Notes: a model not told the origin generated them from the sequence alone. Shown: positions 1 through 8,979, counted from the first letter of the stretch. The stretch: DNA of 64,000 nucleotides from Thermoplasmata archaeon (GCA_021809545.1 JAKAYL010000002.1:78411-142410), one strand, 5' to 3'. Translations and numbers: made by a program.

Positions 1-341
1 ACGCCGCCCGCCAGAGCGGAGAGGAAGTAAGCGGAGGGTTCGGGGGACAATGGCGCCGTGCACTTCGAGAAGAGGGGCCCACCCACCGTGATGTACCCTG
101 CGGCGAGGCCGGTTAAGCTGGTGACGAGCCGCGTGCCGATCCCCCCGAGGAAGGACTGCGTCACGCTGCTGGAGATCTGGTCCATGACGTCCTGAGCGTG
201 GACGCGCTGCTGCTCGGCGTTGTAGTAGAGGGCGGCCGAATAGATGATGGGCAGCATGATCGCAAGGATGAGCACGATGATGGTGAGCTCGAGCGGCATC
301 TCGATGACCCCGCGCCGGCCGGCGATCCTCGGTGCCTTCAC
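1..341 (-). CDS. pilin-like protein, C-terminus cut by window edge
   Basis: The minus-strand frame is open to position 1. GTG start at 341 overlaps the TGA of the upstream gene (GTGA). N-terminus MKAPRIAGRRGVIEMPLELTIIVLILAIMLPII has a basic stretch, RRG, Glu and a hydrophobic helix, the same pattern as the 338..802 product. Confidence 0.6.
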   Translation of the reverse strand, partial: MKAPRIAGRRGVIEMPLELTIIVLILAIMLPIIYSAALYYNAEQQRVHAQDVMDQISSSVTQSFLGGIGTRLVTSLTGLAAGYITVGGPLFSKCTAPLSPEPSAYFLSALAGG

Positions 342-802
342 TTGATCACCGTGCAGGCCGTCGAGGACTGTTGAGCGGAGGAGCTGCCGCCGAGGCTGGA
401 GGCGGAGTACTGGGCGACGATGGAGAGGCTCCCGGAGCTCGCATCGGTGGGAAGGACCGGGGCGACGGGAGAGAAGAGCACCGTCCCATTCGAAGCGGAG
501 ATCCCGCTCATGGAGATCCCCAGCCCCGTGATCTGCACGGCGACCCCGGCCATTGGGTGGCCGTGCTGGTCGAGGGTAAGGGCGGTGACGGACTTCGAGC
601 TCCCGAGGAAGAAGAAGCAGGGTCCCCCCGAGTTCGTCGAACCCGTGTAGGCCACGACGCTCCCGAGGCCCGTGGCCTGGGCGTAGGAGAGGTACATGAA
701 GATGGCCGCGGAGAACCCGCCCACGATCACAAGGGCGACCATGATCTCGAGCCCCATGCCCTCGAGGGCTCCGCGCCGGTGGCTCCGCAACTTGCGGTGC
801 AT
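338..802 (-). CDS. pilin-like secreted protein (class III / TadE-like N-terminus)
   Basis: 154-aa ORF. N-terminus MHRKLRSHRRGALEGMGLEIMVALVIVGGFSAAIF is followed by a Ser/Gly/Thr-rich region. It lies 4 nt downstream of the platform gene in the secretion-ATPase operon. Confidence 0.65.
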   Translation of the reverse strand: MHRKLRSHRRGALEGMGLEIMVALVIVGGFSAAIFMYLSYAQATGLGSVVAYTGSTNSGGPCFFFLGSSKSVTALTLDQHGHPMAGVAVQITGLGISMSGISASNGTVLFSPVAPVLPTDASSGSLSIVAQYSASSLGGSSSAQQSSTACTVIK

Positions 803-806
803 CCCG

Positions 807-2924
807 TCACACCCCCGCGGTCAGCATGGCGACCCCGAAGATGGCGGCGAACACGTAGATGAGGCTGGAGATCCACAGTGTGGACCAGAGGGACCCGAGA
901 TAGCGGACCCGGTCCCCGCTCCATTCGACCCCCACGGCAAAGTAGAGCACGATGAAAGTGATCTCCACGAGGTAGACGCCCATCACGAGGAAGAAGATGG
1001 GGGCAGGGACGATGAGCGCCCCGTTCGCTAGGACCGAGGACAGCAGGAGGTAGAGCGCCCCCGTGATCCCGATGACGACCGGGGTGAAGAACATGACCGA
1101 CCCGCGCATCATCTGGGTCGTTCCCTTCAGCGAGGTCCGGATGTTCTGGTCCGTGTTGCGGAGCTCCTTCAGGAACTCTGCCATCGGGAGCACGGTCTCG
1201 CTGATCGCCTCGGGTCCCTTCTTCGAGGCCTCAAGAAGGGCCCGCATCGCGACACGCATGGGACGCGAGGGATACTGCTCCATCACGCCGGGACCCCGGG
1301 TGGAGCCGAAGAGCACCTGCTCGGGCGTCTGCCCGGAGAGGTGCATGATGTAGAGGATGTGCTGGAAGAACTTGGCCGACTCGGTCCCCTTCGCGCCTTC
1401 CGCGCCGTGCTGGATCGCGTTGTTGAGGGAGACCCCCTCGCCCATCTGGCTGGCGATCTGGAAGAAGGTGTCCGGGAACTCCTGCTCAAGCTGGTAGAGG
1501 GCCCGGTGGCGCTTCTCCAGGAAACGGATCCGGAGGAAGGCCACGATGGAGAACATGAGGCTGATGCCGAGGACGATGAAGGCCGTCCAGGTCTCCTGGA
1601 GCACGCTCCCGACGTAGGCGTTGAAGTAGCCGAGCCCCGCAAGGACCCCGACAAAGGAGACCGCCAGCCCGACCCCGAGCCCGACGAGCGAGGCCTTGGA
1701 GAGCGACCATTCGTCCCGCGGGTTTCCCGTCCGCACCTTGGCCGGATCGAGAGTTCCGGGACGACGGTTCAGGATCTGTACAGCATAGATGTAGGCAATG
1801 AGGGGGAAGACGACCGTCATCACCACGATGAATCCCACGTTGGTGACGAGGAAGGCGCTCGAGGAGATGGTCGAGTTGTTGTTGGAGGCCCCACCTTGGA
1901 GGTTGATGGTGCCCCCGAGGTTCGCCAGGAAGATCATGGGCATCATCGCCCCGATGACCATCGGCAGCAGCACGCCGAGGCCGAAGAAGATGGTGGTGGG
2001 ACCGGCCAGGCTCGCGGCGAACTCGTCGATCTTCCGGCGCGTACCCGAGAGGATGATGTCGTGCGCCTTCTCGAGGTGCCGGGCCCGGCCCTCCGGGGTC
2101 TTTTCGGAGACCCCCATCTTCAGCGCCTGCAGCGAGCGCATGAAGTCCTCGTTCCAGTGGCCCCATTCGTTGGCGAAGGCCATGTAGGAGCGCTCCAGCG
2201 TGGGTTGCTTGCGGGTGACGGTGTCCCAGTGGATCTTCCCCAGGGCCTCGCCGAGGGTCCCCCCGACGTTCTCCGCCGAGAACTGGACCGCCTGGTGCAG
2301 GCTCGGATTGAGGCGGAGCGACATCGCCATGTAGTGGATGGCCTCGGGCGCCCTCCCCAGGGTCTGGACCCGGAGCCTCCGGGAGAGCATGCTCGGATAG
2401 TTGTAGAGGTAGAGATAAAGCAACATCGGCACGAAGAGGACGGAAAGGAGCAGGAGCAGGAAGAAGGCGTTGAGATTGACGGGAGAGCTCAGGAGGATCC
2501 CGCCGACCAGGGCGGCGAGGGCAACGGCGCTCAGGAAGAAGGTCCCGAGCGCGGCGTAGTGGATCTCGGTGGGGGTGACCTCGAGCCCGGCGAAGTAGAT
2601 CTCCCGCTGGTACTTGCGGCGCGTGATGAGCTCCTCGAGGTTATCGAGGCGCTTCTGCAGCTTCTCGAGCTTGCGCTCCTCCCGGTCCCGCACCGCCATC
2701 GAGGGGACCTCGATGAGGACGTACCGGTTGTACTCCTCCTCCTGCTGCCGGAGACGGAGGCGGACCTTCTCCCGCTGGGCCTCGAGCGTCTCCAGGCGCT
2801 TCGTGGGGTTCCCGAGGGACATGAAGATCCCGCCGAGGAAACGGACATAGTTCTCGAACCACTCGCCCGCCTTGCCCTCGTGGACAGCGGTGACTTCGGA
2901 GGATCGGCCCGACTCAGCTTCCAT
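807..2924 (-). CDS. FlaJ/TadC/GspF-family polytopic membrane platform protein
   Basis: Track ORF 807..2984; start set at ATG 2924 (MEAESG...), just past the ATPase stop at 2914-2916. It has a coiled-coil cytoplasmic N-terminus (REKVRLRLRQQEEEY...KLEKLQKRLDNLEEL), then two blocks of TM helices separated by helical cytoplasmic domains. It lies directly downstream of a FlaI/TadA-type ATPase. Confidence 0.8.
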   Translation of the reverse strand: MEAESGRSSEVTAVHEGKAGEWFENYVRFLGGIFMSLGNPTKRLETLEAQREKVRLRLRQQEEEYNRYVLIEVPSMAVRDREERKLEKLQKRLDNLEELITRRKYQREIYFAGLEVTPTEIHYAALGTFFLSAVALAALVGGILLSSPVNLNAFFLLLLLSVLFVPMLLYLYLYNYPSMLSRRLRVQTLGRAPEAIHYMAMSLRLNPSLHQAVQFSAENVGGTLGEALGKIHWDTVTRKQPTLERSYMAFANEWGHWNEDFMRSLQALKMGVSEKTPEGRARHLEKAHDIILSGTRRKIDEFAASLAGPTTIFFGLGVLLPMVIGAMMPMIFLANLGGTINLQGGASNNNSTISSSAFLVTNVGFIVVMTVVFPLIAYIYAVQILNRRPGTLDPAKVRTGNPRDEWSLSKASLVGLGVGLAVSFVGVLAGLGYFNAYVGSVLQETWTAFIVLGISLMFSIVAFLRIRFLEKRHRALYQLEQEFPDTFFQIASQMGEGVSLNNAIQHGAEGAKGTESAKFFQHILYIMHLSGQTPEQVLFGSTRGPGVMEQYPSRPMRVAMRALLEASKKGPEAISETVLPMAEFLKELRNTDQNIRTSLKGTTQMMRGSVMFFTPVVIGITGALYLLLSSVLANGALIVPAPIFFLVMGVYLVEITFIVLYFAVGVEWSGDRVRYLGSLWSTLWISSLIYVFAAIFGVAMLTAGV

Positions 2925-5037
2925 GACCCGTGGCCCACCCCTTGAGCGTGTCCTTGAGCCACGCCTCCCACTGGGCGAGCACACTTGCGTAGACCCCGTG
3001 CTTGGTACCGCCTTGGGTGGCGCTCTCCATCAGGTCCCAGAACGCGGCGTTGGACATTCCCACCCACTCGGCGCTCAGGAGCTCCGGGCGCTTGGCCCGG
3101 CGCGCAAGCTCGACCAGGCGTTCGCGATAGGTGGCGCGGAGCTGGATCTGCTCCAGCGCCTCGTCGTAACGGATCCCCCAGGAGTCGGCGATGTGCTTGA
3201 TCCGCTCAGAGCCCTCCAGATAGGCGGCCGTCGCCTTCAGTGTGTCCGAGGCCTCGTCGTAAACGAGGAGCTGACGGAAGGTCCCTGGCTCCTTCGCCGT
3301 CTTGGAAAGCTCGCTGACCTCCATGATCCTCCGCTGCTGGTTGCGCACGGAGCCTCCCGGGGAGGTGAGGCCCGCCACGACGACGATGTCCGTCGCCTGG
3401 AAGCTCACCGCCGGGATCCCGATGTCGTGGACGACCCGCTCGAAGACCGCACGGGCCGTGTTGCCGTGGATGGTCCCGAGGACCGAGCTCCCGGCCGTGC
3501 CCGCCCGCATGGCCTCGTAGAGGGTGCGGGCCTCCTCGCCGCGCACCTCACCGAGGACGATCGCGCTCTCCCCGAGACGGAGAGAGACCTTGAGAGCCTC
3601 GTTCGCGGTCATCTCGACCCCTTGGCCGCCCACCGCTGACCGGGTGAAGAGGGTCTGCACCTTGTAGCCGAGCTGCCGCATCTCGGCGCTGGGGAGCTCC
3701 AGCGTATCCTCGATCGTCAGGATCCGTTGGTTCTTCGGGAACTCGAGCATGAGCGCCCCTGTGAGCGAGGTCTTTCCCGCGCCCCGCGGACCCGCCACGA
3801 GGATCGTGGAGCGTCCGTCGATGAGGAAATTGAGGAGCCCGGCGGTCAGCGGATTGAGGGCATTCTGGCTCATGAACTTGAGGAGCGTCCACGGATCGGT
3901 GGCGTGCCGCCGGAGGGCCATCGCGATCCCGTGGGGAGAGAGGGGCTTGCCGATGGCGGTGACCCGGATGTTGTACTCCCGCAGGTCGGTCTCCAACACG
4001 GGCATCGCCTCGGAGAAGGGCTTCCCGCTGTCGAGGAGAAGACGGGAGAGCAGGGCCTCCGCCTCCTCGTCGGTCACCGTCACGTTGGTGATGCACTTGT
4101 CCCCGACCCCCTGGGAGTTGAACCCGCCGATACGGAGGTGGATGGGGTTCTCCGAGGCGGGAGCGTCGATGTACAGGTCCTGTAGGTGGGGATCCGACAG
4201 AAGGATCTCGAGGGCCCCGAGCCCCACGAGGTGCCGGGTCAGGATGTCCGCGAGCTCGGAGAAGCGCTGGACCCGGGAAGCGGCGGAGCCGGAGAGCTGG
4301 ATACCGGATTCCCGGGCCACACGCTGCATCAGGCGCTGGGCCATCTCGCGCACCACATGCCGGGTGTGGGAGAGGTGTTGGAGGGCGAGCCGCTTGGGAT
4401 AGTACTCCATGAGCTCGTCCCGGGTCAGATGGAGGAGCTCGACCTCGTCCCGGTTGAGGTGGTAGTCGGCGAGCTCAAGGTGGTAGAGGATGTCGATCTC
4501 GTTCGGGATGTGGTAGAGCGTGACCTTGCTCGGCCCGAGGTTGTAGGTGATGAGCTTGTCCCCCTTCTCCGGAGGGTGGGGGTCGACCCAGCACCCGGAG
4601 AATCCTGGGCGAGTGAGCGTGCTCCGGCGCAGGATGTCGGTTAGGTCCCGGGTGAAGGCGAGCGGCACCGCGTCCAGGCTCTTGAGGATCCCCGCGAGGA
4701 CGCCCGGGCGCTCCTCCACCGGGAGGGCCATGGGCGAGGCGAGGACGAGCATCTTCGTGGCCCCGGCCCGCGTCCAGGGGAGGGGAGCGAGGGGGTTGAA
4801 CCCTCCCGGACCCCCGATCGGCTGAGGCTGGGTGGGCTGGGCCCACGGGTTCGCCCCGTATCCCGCTTGGTTCGCCAGAAGGGGGCGGTACTGGGGCTGG
4901 TACTGGTACGCCAGGTCGGCGGTGCTCCCAGTAGCTGCGGAAGAGACCAGAGGAAAGGCGATAGGGGCATTGCAGTGGGGGCAGATGCGGCTCTCGGGAG
5001 GGATCGGGGCGCCGCAGTTGTAGCAGGAGGCCATCAT
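2914..5037 (-). CDS. FlaI/TadA/VirB11-family type IV filament assembly ATPase with N-terminal zinc ribbon
   Basis: 707 aa. Zinc ribbon CYNCGAPIPPESRICPHCNAPI, then a P/Q/G-rich linker and a GspE-type core: Walker A GPRGAGKTS, ILTIEDTLELP, LGEVRGEEA, GTIHGN. ATGA overlap with the upstream gene. Confidence 0.9.
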   Translation of the reverse strand: MMASCYNCGAPIPPESRICPHCNAPIAFPLVSSAATGSTADLAYQYQPQYRPLLANQAGYGANPWAQPTQPQPIGGPGGFNPLAPLPWTRAGATKMLVLASPMALPVEERPGVLAGILKSLDAVPLAFTRDLTDILRRSTLTRPGFSGCWVDPHPPEKGDKLITYNLGPSKVTLYHIPNEIDILYHLELADYHLNRDEVELLHLTRDELMEYYPKRLALQHLSHTRHVVREMAQRLMQRVARESGIQLSGSAASRVQRFSELADILTRHLVGLGALEILLSDPHLQDLYIDAPASENPIHLRIGGFNSQGVGDKCITNVTVTDEEAEALLSRLLLDSGKPFSEAMPVLETDLREYNIRVTAIGKPLSPHGIAMALRRHATDPWTLLKFMSQNALNPLTAGLLNFLIDGRSTILVAGPRGAGKTSLTGALMLEFPKNQRILTIEDTLELPSAEMRQLGYKVQTLFTRSAVGGQGVEMTANEALKVSLRLGESAIVLGEVRGEEARTLYEAMRAGTAGSSVLGTIHGNTARAVFERVVHDIGIPAVSFQATDIVVVAGLTSPGGSVRNQQRRIMEVSELSKTAKEPGTFRQLLVYDEASDTLKATAAYLEGSERIKHIADSWGIRYDEALEQIQLRATYRERLVELARRAKRPELLSAEWVGMSNAAFWDLMESATQGGTKHGVYASVLAQWEAWLKDTLKGWATGHGS

Positions 5038-6032
5038 GGCTTCGCTGCGCCTCCGGGGGAAGGGACCGCCCGGGCCCGACCTCCCCGCTGGGCGACCGCC
5101 CCCACCAGCCCTTCGATCTGCTGGTCCAAGAGCTCGAACTCACTCGTGGACATCCCAAGGCAACGGAGGCACTCCTTCTCGGGCCGCCCCTGCTGGAGCT
5201 GCGCCACTTTGGAACGGAAGCTGGGGAGGAAGTGCTCGACCCCTACGCGTAGGAGATCGTTGAGCTCGAGGTACATATTCTTCGGGTTGAAGGCGCAGTT
5301 CGGGCAGTTGAGGTACCGCAGCTTCCGGACGAAGGCCTGGGGGTTGGCCCGGATACGCTTCGCCTTCTCCTCGAGCGGCTCCTCCAGAGGAACTCCAGGT
5401 TCCGCGGTTGGGGGGGGACGGAACGGAGCCGGTCCGGGGACAGGTGCGCCGGGCTGGGGAAGGAAGAAGGGAGAGTTGGGTGGCTGACCGGGGGTCGAGG
5501 TCCGGGGGGGAGGAATCGCCCCGTACGGGGAAGAGGGCGCGCTGGGGGGAGGGGCGGGCGGGGGAGGCGCGGGGAGCGGGAGATCGGTATCCTCCTCTAC
5601 CTTTCGTTGCTTCTCCTCCTCCGCCTGGCGCTCGAGCACCTGGACGGTATCCTCGAGGTTGCACTCCGGGATCGCGATCCCGTCCACAAAGGGAACGGGG
5701 GGACGCGCCGCCATCTGCTCCAAGAGCTTGTCGAGTTGGAAGATCTTCTTCAAAGACTCCACGGAGGAGCCGGAGTACTGACGCATGATCTTCCCCGTGA
5801 TGGTGATGAGGTCGACGTAGTACTCGTTGCTCATCGCCTGCATGATGGCAGCCCGGCAGTGGGGGTCGCCGATCCCGTCGGGGCCCTCGCACGCTTCGCA
5901 TTTGATGACCAGGTTGACAGAGTTACCCTCGGTGCGCACCTCATACTCGAAAGGTGGAGGGGTGATCGGCTCGGCGGGAACCTCCGGCTGCCCCTGGGGA
6001 GGCTGCTTCGGAGGCACCGCCATCGGCTTCAC
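5034..6032 (-). CDS. hypothetical protein (filament-operon accessory; Cys motifs plus poly-Pro linker)
   Basis: 332-aa ORF, translationally coupled (ATGA) to the ATPase gene. N-domain contains CEACEG...DPHC, the central linker is LPLPAPPPPAPPPSAPSSP, and the C-domain contains CPNC...CLRC. I do not recognise a family. Confidence 0.6.
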   Translation of the reverse strand: MKPMAVPPKQPPQGQPEVPAEPITPPPFEYEVRTEGNSVNLVIKCEACEGPDGIGDPHCRAAIMQAMSNEYYVDLITITGKIMRQYSGSSVESLKKIFQLDKLLEQMAARPPVPFVDGIAIPECNLEDTVQVLERQAEEEKQRKVEEDTDLPLPAPPPPAPPPSAPSSPYGAIPPPRTSTPGQPPNSPFFLPQPGAPVPGPAPFRPPPTAEPGVPLEEPLEEKAKRIRANPQAFVRKLRYLNCPNCAFNPKNMYLELNDLLRVGVEHFLPSFRSKVAQLQQGRPEKECLRCLGMSTSEFELLDQQIEGLVGAVAQRGGRARAVPSPGGAAKP

Positions 6033-6038
6033 CGTTCC

Positions 6039-7910
6039 TTATCCTCCGCCAAAACCGGGCGGCAGTCGCGTCGAGGGTGAGCGCCGGGTGAGCCCCTTCT
6101 TCGAGGAGCTCCGGGGCCGCTTGGCGAAGAGGCCGCCACCCCGGCCACCACCTTCCTCGGGCGCCCGCTTCTCCGGCAAGCTCAGGACGGCGGCGATGCC
6201 CGTGAAGAGGAAGCCCGCCGAGAGGAGCCCCGCAAAGATGGCGTACGACCAGGCGAACGGGTCCGGCGGCGCAGGGGCGGGGAACGTGGTCACCGTGGCG
6301 CTCACGGTCTCGAGGTACAGTCCCCACCAGGTCGTCACGATGAGCTCGATCGTATACGTGGTGTCGGCATGCAGACCCAGGATCGGGAGTTGGTTCCCGT
6401 AGACGATCACGGCGCTCGCATTGGGGCCGTCCGCCGGGGTGAGGGCCAGGTTGATCTGCGGGAAGCCCGAGATGTCCACGAGCGTGCTCGGGGTCCAGGA
6501 CACCAAGAAACTGTCGTAGGTCACCTGGGAGATGGAGAGCGAGACCGCGGGAGGAGCCTGCGGACCGTAGTCGAAGACCACCTCAAGCTCCGAGACCGCG
6601 CTCCCTCCCCGGGAGCTCATCCCGACGGCGGTGACCGAGAGGGTGGTGGAGCTCGAGGCCGACAAGGCGGTGGAGGGTAGCTGGACGGTCCGGTACGGCA
6701 CGGGTTGAAGGCCGACATCACCGGGGGCGTAGAAGTAGCCGAGGCTACTGCTGCTCGAACTGGTGGTGACGTAGACCCCGTAGGACGCATCGTTGGGGTT
6801 GAGCTGAAGGCTGATGAGAGGGTAGTTCCCGGTCGGGATTTCCCAGATGGGCTGATCGTACCCGGCAGGGGGGGTCGCAGAGGAATAGTTGAACCCGTAG
6901 AGGTTGTTCCCCCCGGCGTCCACGACGAAGCGGGAGCCGTTGTAGCTCGCCGCGACCAGCGAACTTCCCCCGAAGACCGTCCCGGGGGTGTCTTGCGTGT
7001 CGTTGTATCCGAGGATGTTCCGGTTCGAGGCATCGTAGATCCAGTAGCCGTCCCCGCCGACCTGGAACATGGTGCTCCCGTCCGGGGAGATGATGGCCTG
7101 GGAGACCGCGGTGACCGGGCTGGTCGTGATCTGCTGGACCAGGGGAGGGGGCGAGCCGGAGTACTTGTAGATGTTCATGTAGGAACTGATCCCGTCGTTG
7201 AAGGAGAAGACCATGTACGTCCCGTCAGGGGTGATGCTGAGCCCCGTCGTGGCCATCTGCGTTCCGGTCCCGGATTCCTGGGACCAGTTCCAGACCTCAC
7301 CGGATGAGATCCCGTTGAGGTAGGAGAGCCAGACCCCGTAGTCCGACACCCCGCTCGTGGCGTTCGTGGCCGTGTAGGAGAAGGCCGCGGCGACGTACTG
7401 CGCCCCGAAAGTGACCGCGATCACGCTGGCCCGGATGGACTGGACCGTGTAGCCGATGTCCTTCGCCTGGATCTCGTGGACGGGAGAGTAGTTCCAGAGA
7501 GGGGTGGCGTTCGGGTAGGCGTACGCGTAGACGTTCCCCCCCACGCCCACCAGCACGTAGCTCGAGGTACCGACCTTCCCGTTAAGGGTCGGGGAGGCCG
7601 CGGAGATCGCGAGGGAGCCCACGTTGAATCCCCCGGCCGGGAGCTGCCAAATCGCCTCAGGCGTGTTGGAGCTGGTGTTGAAGAGGTAGAGGTCGTTGGC
7701 CGAGGAGACGGCGGCCACGTAGCCCCCGTTCCCCGAGACGGCGACATCCTCCACGTTCGCGATGCCCGTCGAGTAGTTCCAACCTGAGGGAGGCGGAGGG
7801 GCCCCGAGCGGGGTCACGGAATGGACCCCGAAGGAGGTGGCGTTCACGGGGATGGCTCCGATAATCAAGCACAGCAGCACCACACTCGCAAGTATCCCGA
7901 CGCCCCTCAT
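6039..7910 (-). CDS. secreted beta-propeller / FN3-like protein with C-terminal TM anchor
   Basis: Track ORF 6039..8126. Start chosen at ATG 7910 (MRGVGILASVVLLCLIIGAIPVNA, signal-peptide-like), which forms an ATGA overlap with the upstream stop. Repetitive Gly/Tyr/Ser-rich strands with many N-x-S/T sequons, an FN3-like segment (SLSISQVTYDSFLVSWTP...YTIELIV), and C-terminal helix AIFAGLLSAGFLFTGIAAVL plus a basic tail. Confidence 0.7.
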   Translation of the reverse strand: MRGVGILASVVLLCLIIGAIPVNATSFGVHSVTPLGAPPPPSGWNYSTGIANVEDVAVSGNGGYVAAVSSANDLYLFNTSSNTPEAIWQLPAGGFNVGSLAISAASPTLNGKVGTSSYVLVGVGGNVYAYAYPNATPLWNYSPVHEIQAKDIGYTVQSIRASVIAVTFGAQYVAAAFSYTATNATSGVSDYGVWLSYLNGISSGEVWNWSQESGTGTQMATTGLSITPDGTYMVFSFNDGISSYMNIYKYSGSPPPLVQQITTSPVTAVSQAIISPDGSTMFQVGGDGYWIYDASNRNILGYNDTQDTPGTVFGGSSLVAASYNGSRFVVDAGGNNLYGFNYSSATPPAGYDQPIWEIPTGNYPLISLQLNPNDASYGVYVTTSSSSSSLGYFYAPGDVGLQPVPYRTVQLPSTALSASSSTTLSVTAVGMSSRGGSAVSELEVVFDYGPQAPPAVSLSISQVTYDSFLVSWTPSTLVDISGFPQINLALTPADGPNASAVIVYGNQLPILGLHADTTYTIELIVTTWWGLYLETVSATVTTFPAPAPPDPFAWSYAIFAGLLSAGFLFTGIAAVLSLPEKRAPEEGGGRGGGLFAKRPRSSSKKGLTRRSPSTRLPPGFGGG

Positions 7911-8473
7911 GTGTTCCATATCTCCAGTGTCACGCTGATCGGTCCGTTCCAGCCAGGCGGTGACGGCAGACCGATTTGTTGCACATACATGTCTATCGGG
8001 GAATATGTAGATTGCGCCCCCAAATCGAGGGAAACACCGTGCTGCTGGGCCGGAGCGACCACCGTGAGATTGAAGTGCCCGAAGGATCCCTGCGTGAGGT
8101 TTTGAAGCTCCAGTTGGAGGGCCCACCCGACCGCTCCGGGGTGGAGGAGCAGCTGAGGGGAGGTCTGGCCGCTGGCGAGGAGATAGACGGCCTCCGTCAG
8201 CAGGCGGGCCACCCCCTGGTCCTGCTCGACGATCTTCCCTGAATGGAGCGGGAAGCTGGCCGTGGGGTACGTCGTCAGGACCAGCGTGTTCAGCGTGGCC
8301 CGGACGTAGCTCTGCCCGTTGGAGTTCTGTCCGGCGGACCCGACGGGGGTGAGGAAGACGTCCATCAAGAAGAAGAAGGCGAGCAGAAGGAGGGAGAGGA
8401 AGATGATCCCGTCCACGAGCGCGATCTGGCCCCTCCGGGAAAAGCGACGGCGCCTCCGGTCCCTCAGCTCCAT
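7907..8473 (-). CDS. pilin-like protein
   Basis: Start set at ATG 8473: MELRDRRRRRFSRRGQIALVDGIIFLSLLLLAFFFL. It shares the RRRFSRR motif and following hydrophobic helix with the 8464..8979 product. Confidence 0.6.
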   Translation of the reverse strand: MELRDRRRRRFSRRGQIALVDGIIFLSLLLLAFFFLMDVFLTPVGSAGQNSNGQSYVRATLNTLVLTTYPTASFPLHSGKIVEQDQGVARLLTEAVYLLASGQTSPQLLLHPGAVGWALQLELQNLTQGSFGHFNLTVVAPAQQHGVSLDLGAQSTYSPIDMYVQQIGLPSPPGWNGPISVTLEIWNT

Positions 8474-8979
8474 ACGGTCACCACCACCAAGGCATCGTGG
8501 TACTCCTGATCCGTGACGAGGAGGGAGACGGGAGCCTGGGCTGCGTAGACCCCGTAGGAAAGATGAACCCCCGGCCCAGGGATGCAGGCCGGGTATCTTC
8601 CCGACGAGTAGCTCTGCTTGCAACTGTCGACCGTCCGGTTGTAGTGCGTGTGGTAGGCGGAGAGATCAAGGATCTGGATCTCGTAACCGCTGGGCGGATG
8701 TAGGTCGTATGAAATATTCGTATAGGTCAGATTGACGACCTTGGTGGATTGGAAGAGCCCCTGCTGGTTCTGGTAGGTGAGGTTCTGGTAGCCCAGTACC
8801 GCCTGCAGGAGGGTCTGGGCCTCCTGGGAGAACTGCGAGCTCTGTTGCTTCTGCGAGAGGTTCTCAAACGCCGACACGGCCGTGGCCAGGAAGATGAGCA
8901 GGGCGGCGAGCACCACCATCAAGACCGGGAACTCTTCGAAGAAGCCGGCGACGGCACGACGAGAGAATCTTCGGCGCAC
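8464..8979 (-). CDS. pilin-like protein (first gene of filament operon)
   Basis: GTG start at 8979, with a TTATTG box 24 nt upstream. N-terminus MRRRFSRRAVAGFFEEFPVLMVVLAALLIFLATAVSAF, then a globular region. Confidence 0.65.
   Translation of the reverse strand: MRRRFSRRAVAGFFEEFPVLMVVLAALLIFLATAVSAFENLSQKQQSSQFSQEAQTLLQAVLGYQNLTYQNQQGLFQSTKVVNLTYTNISYDLHPPSGYEIQILDLSAYHTHYNRTVDSCKQSYSSGRYPACIPGPGVHLSYGVYAAQAPVSLLVTDQEYHDALVVVTVWS

Noticed and set aside
1341-2945. 534-aa plus-strand ORF and several other ORFs antisense to or off-frame from the FlaJ/TadC-like gene
   Set aside because: The translations are charged low-complexity sequence. The minus-strand frame gives a coherent polytopic membrane protein downstream of its cognate ATPase.
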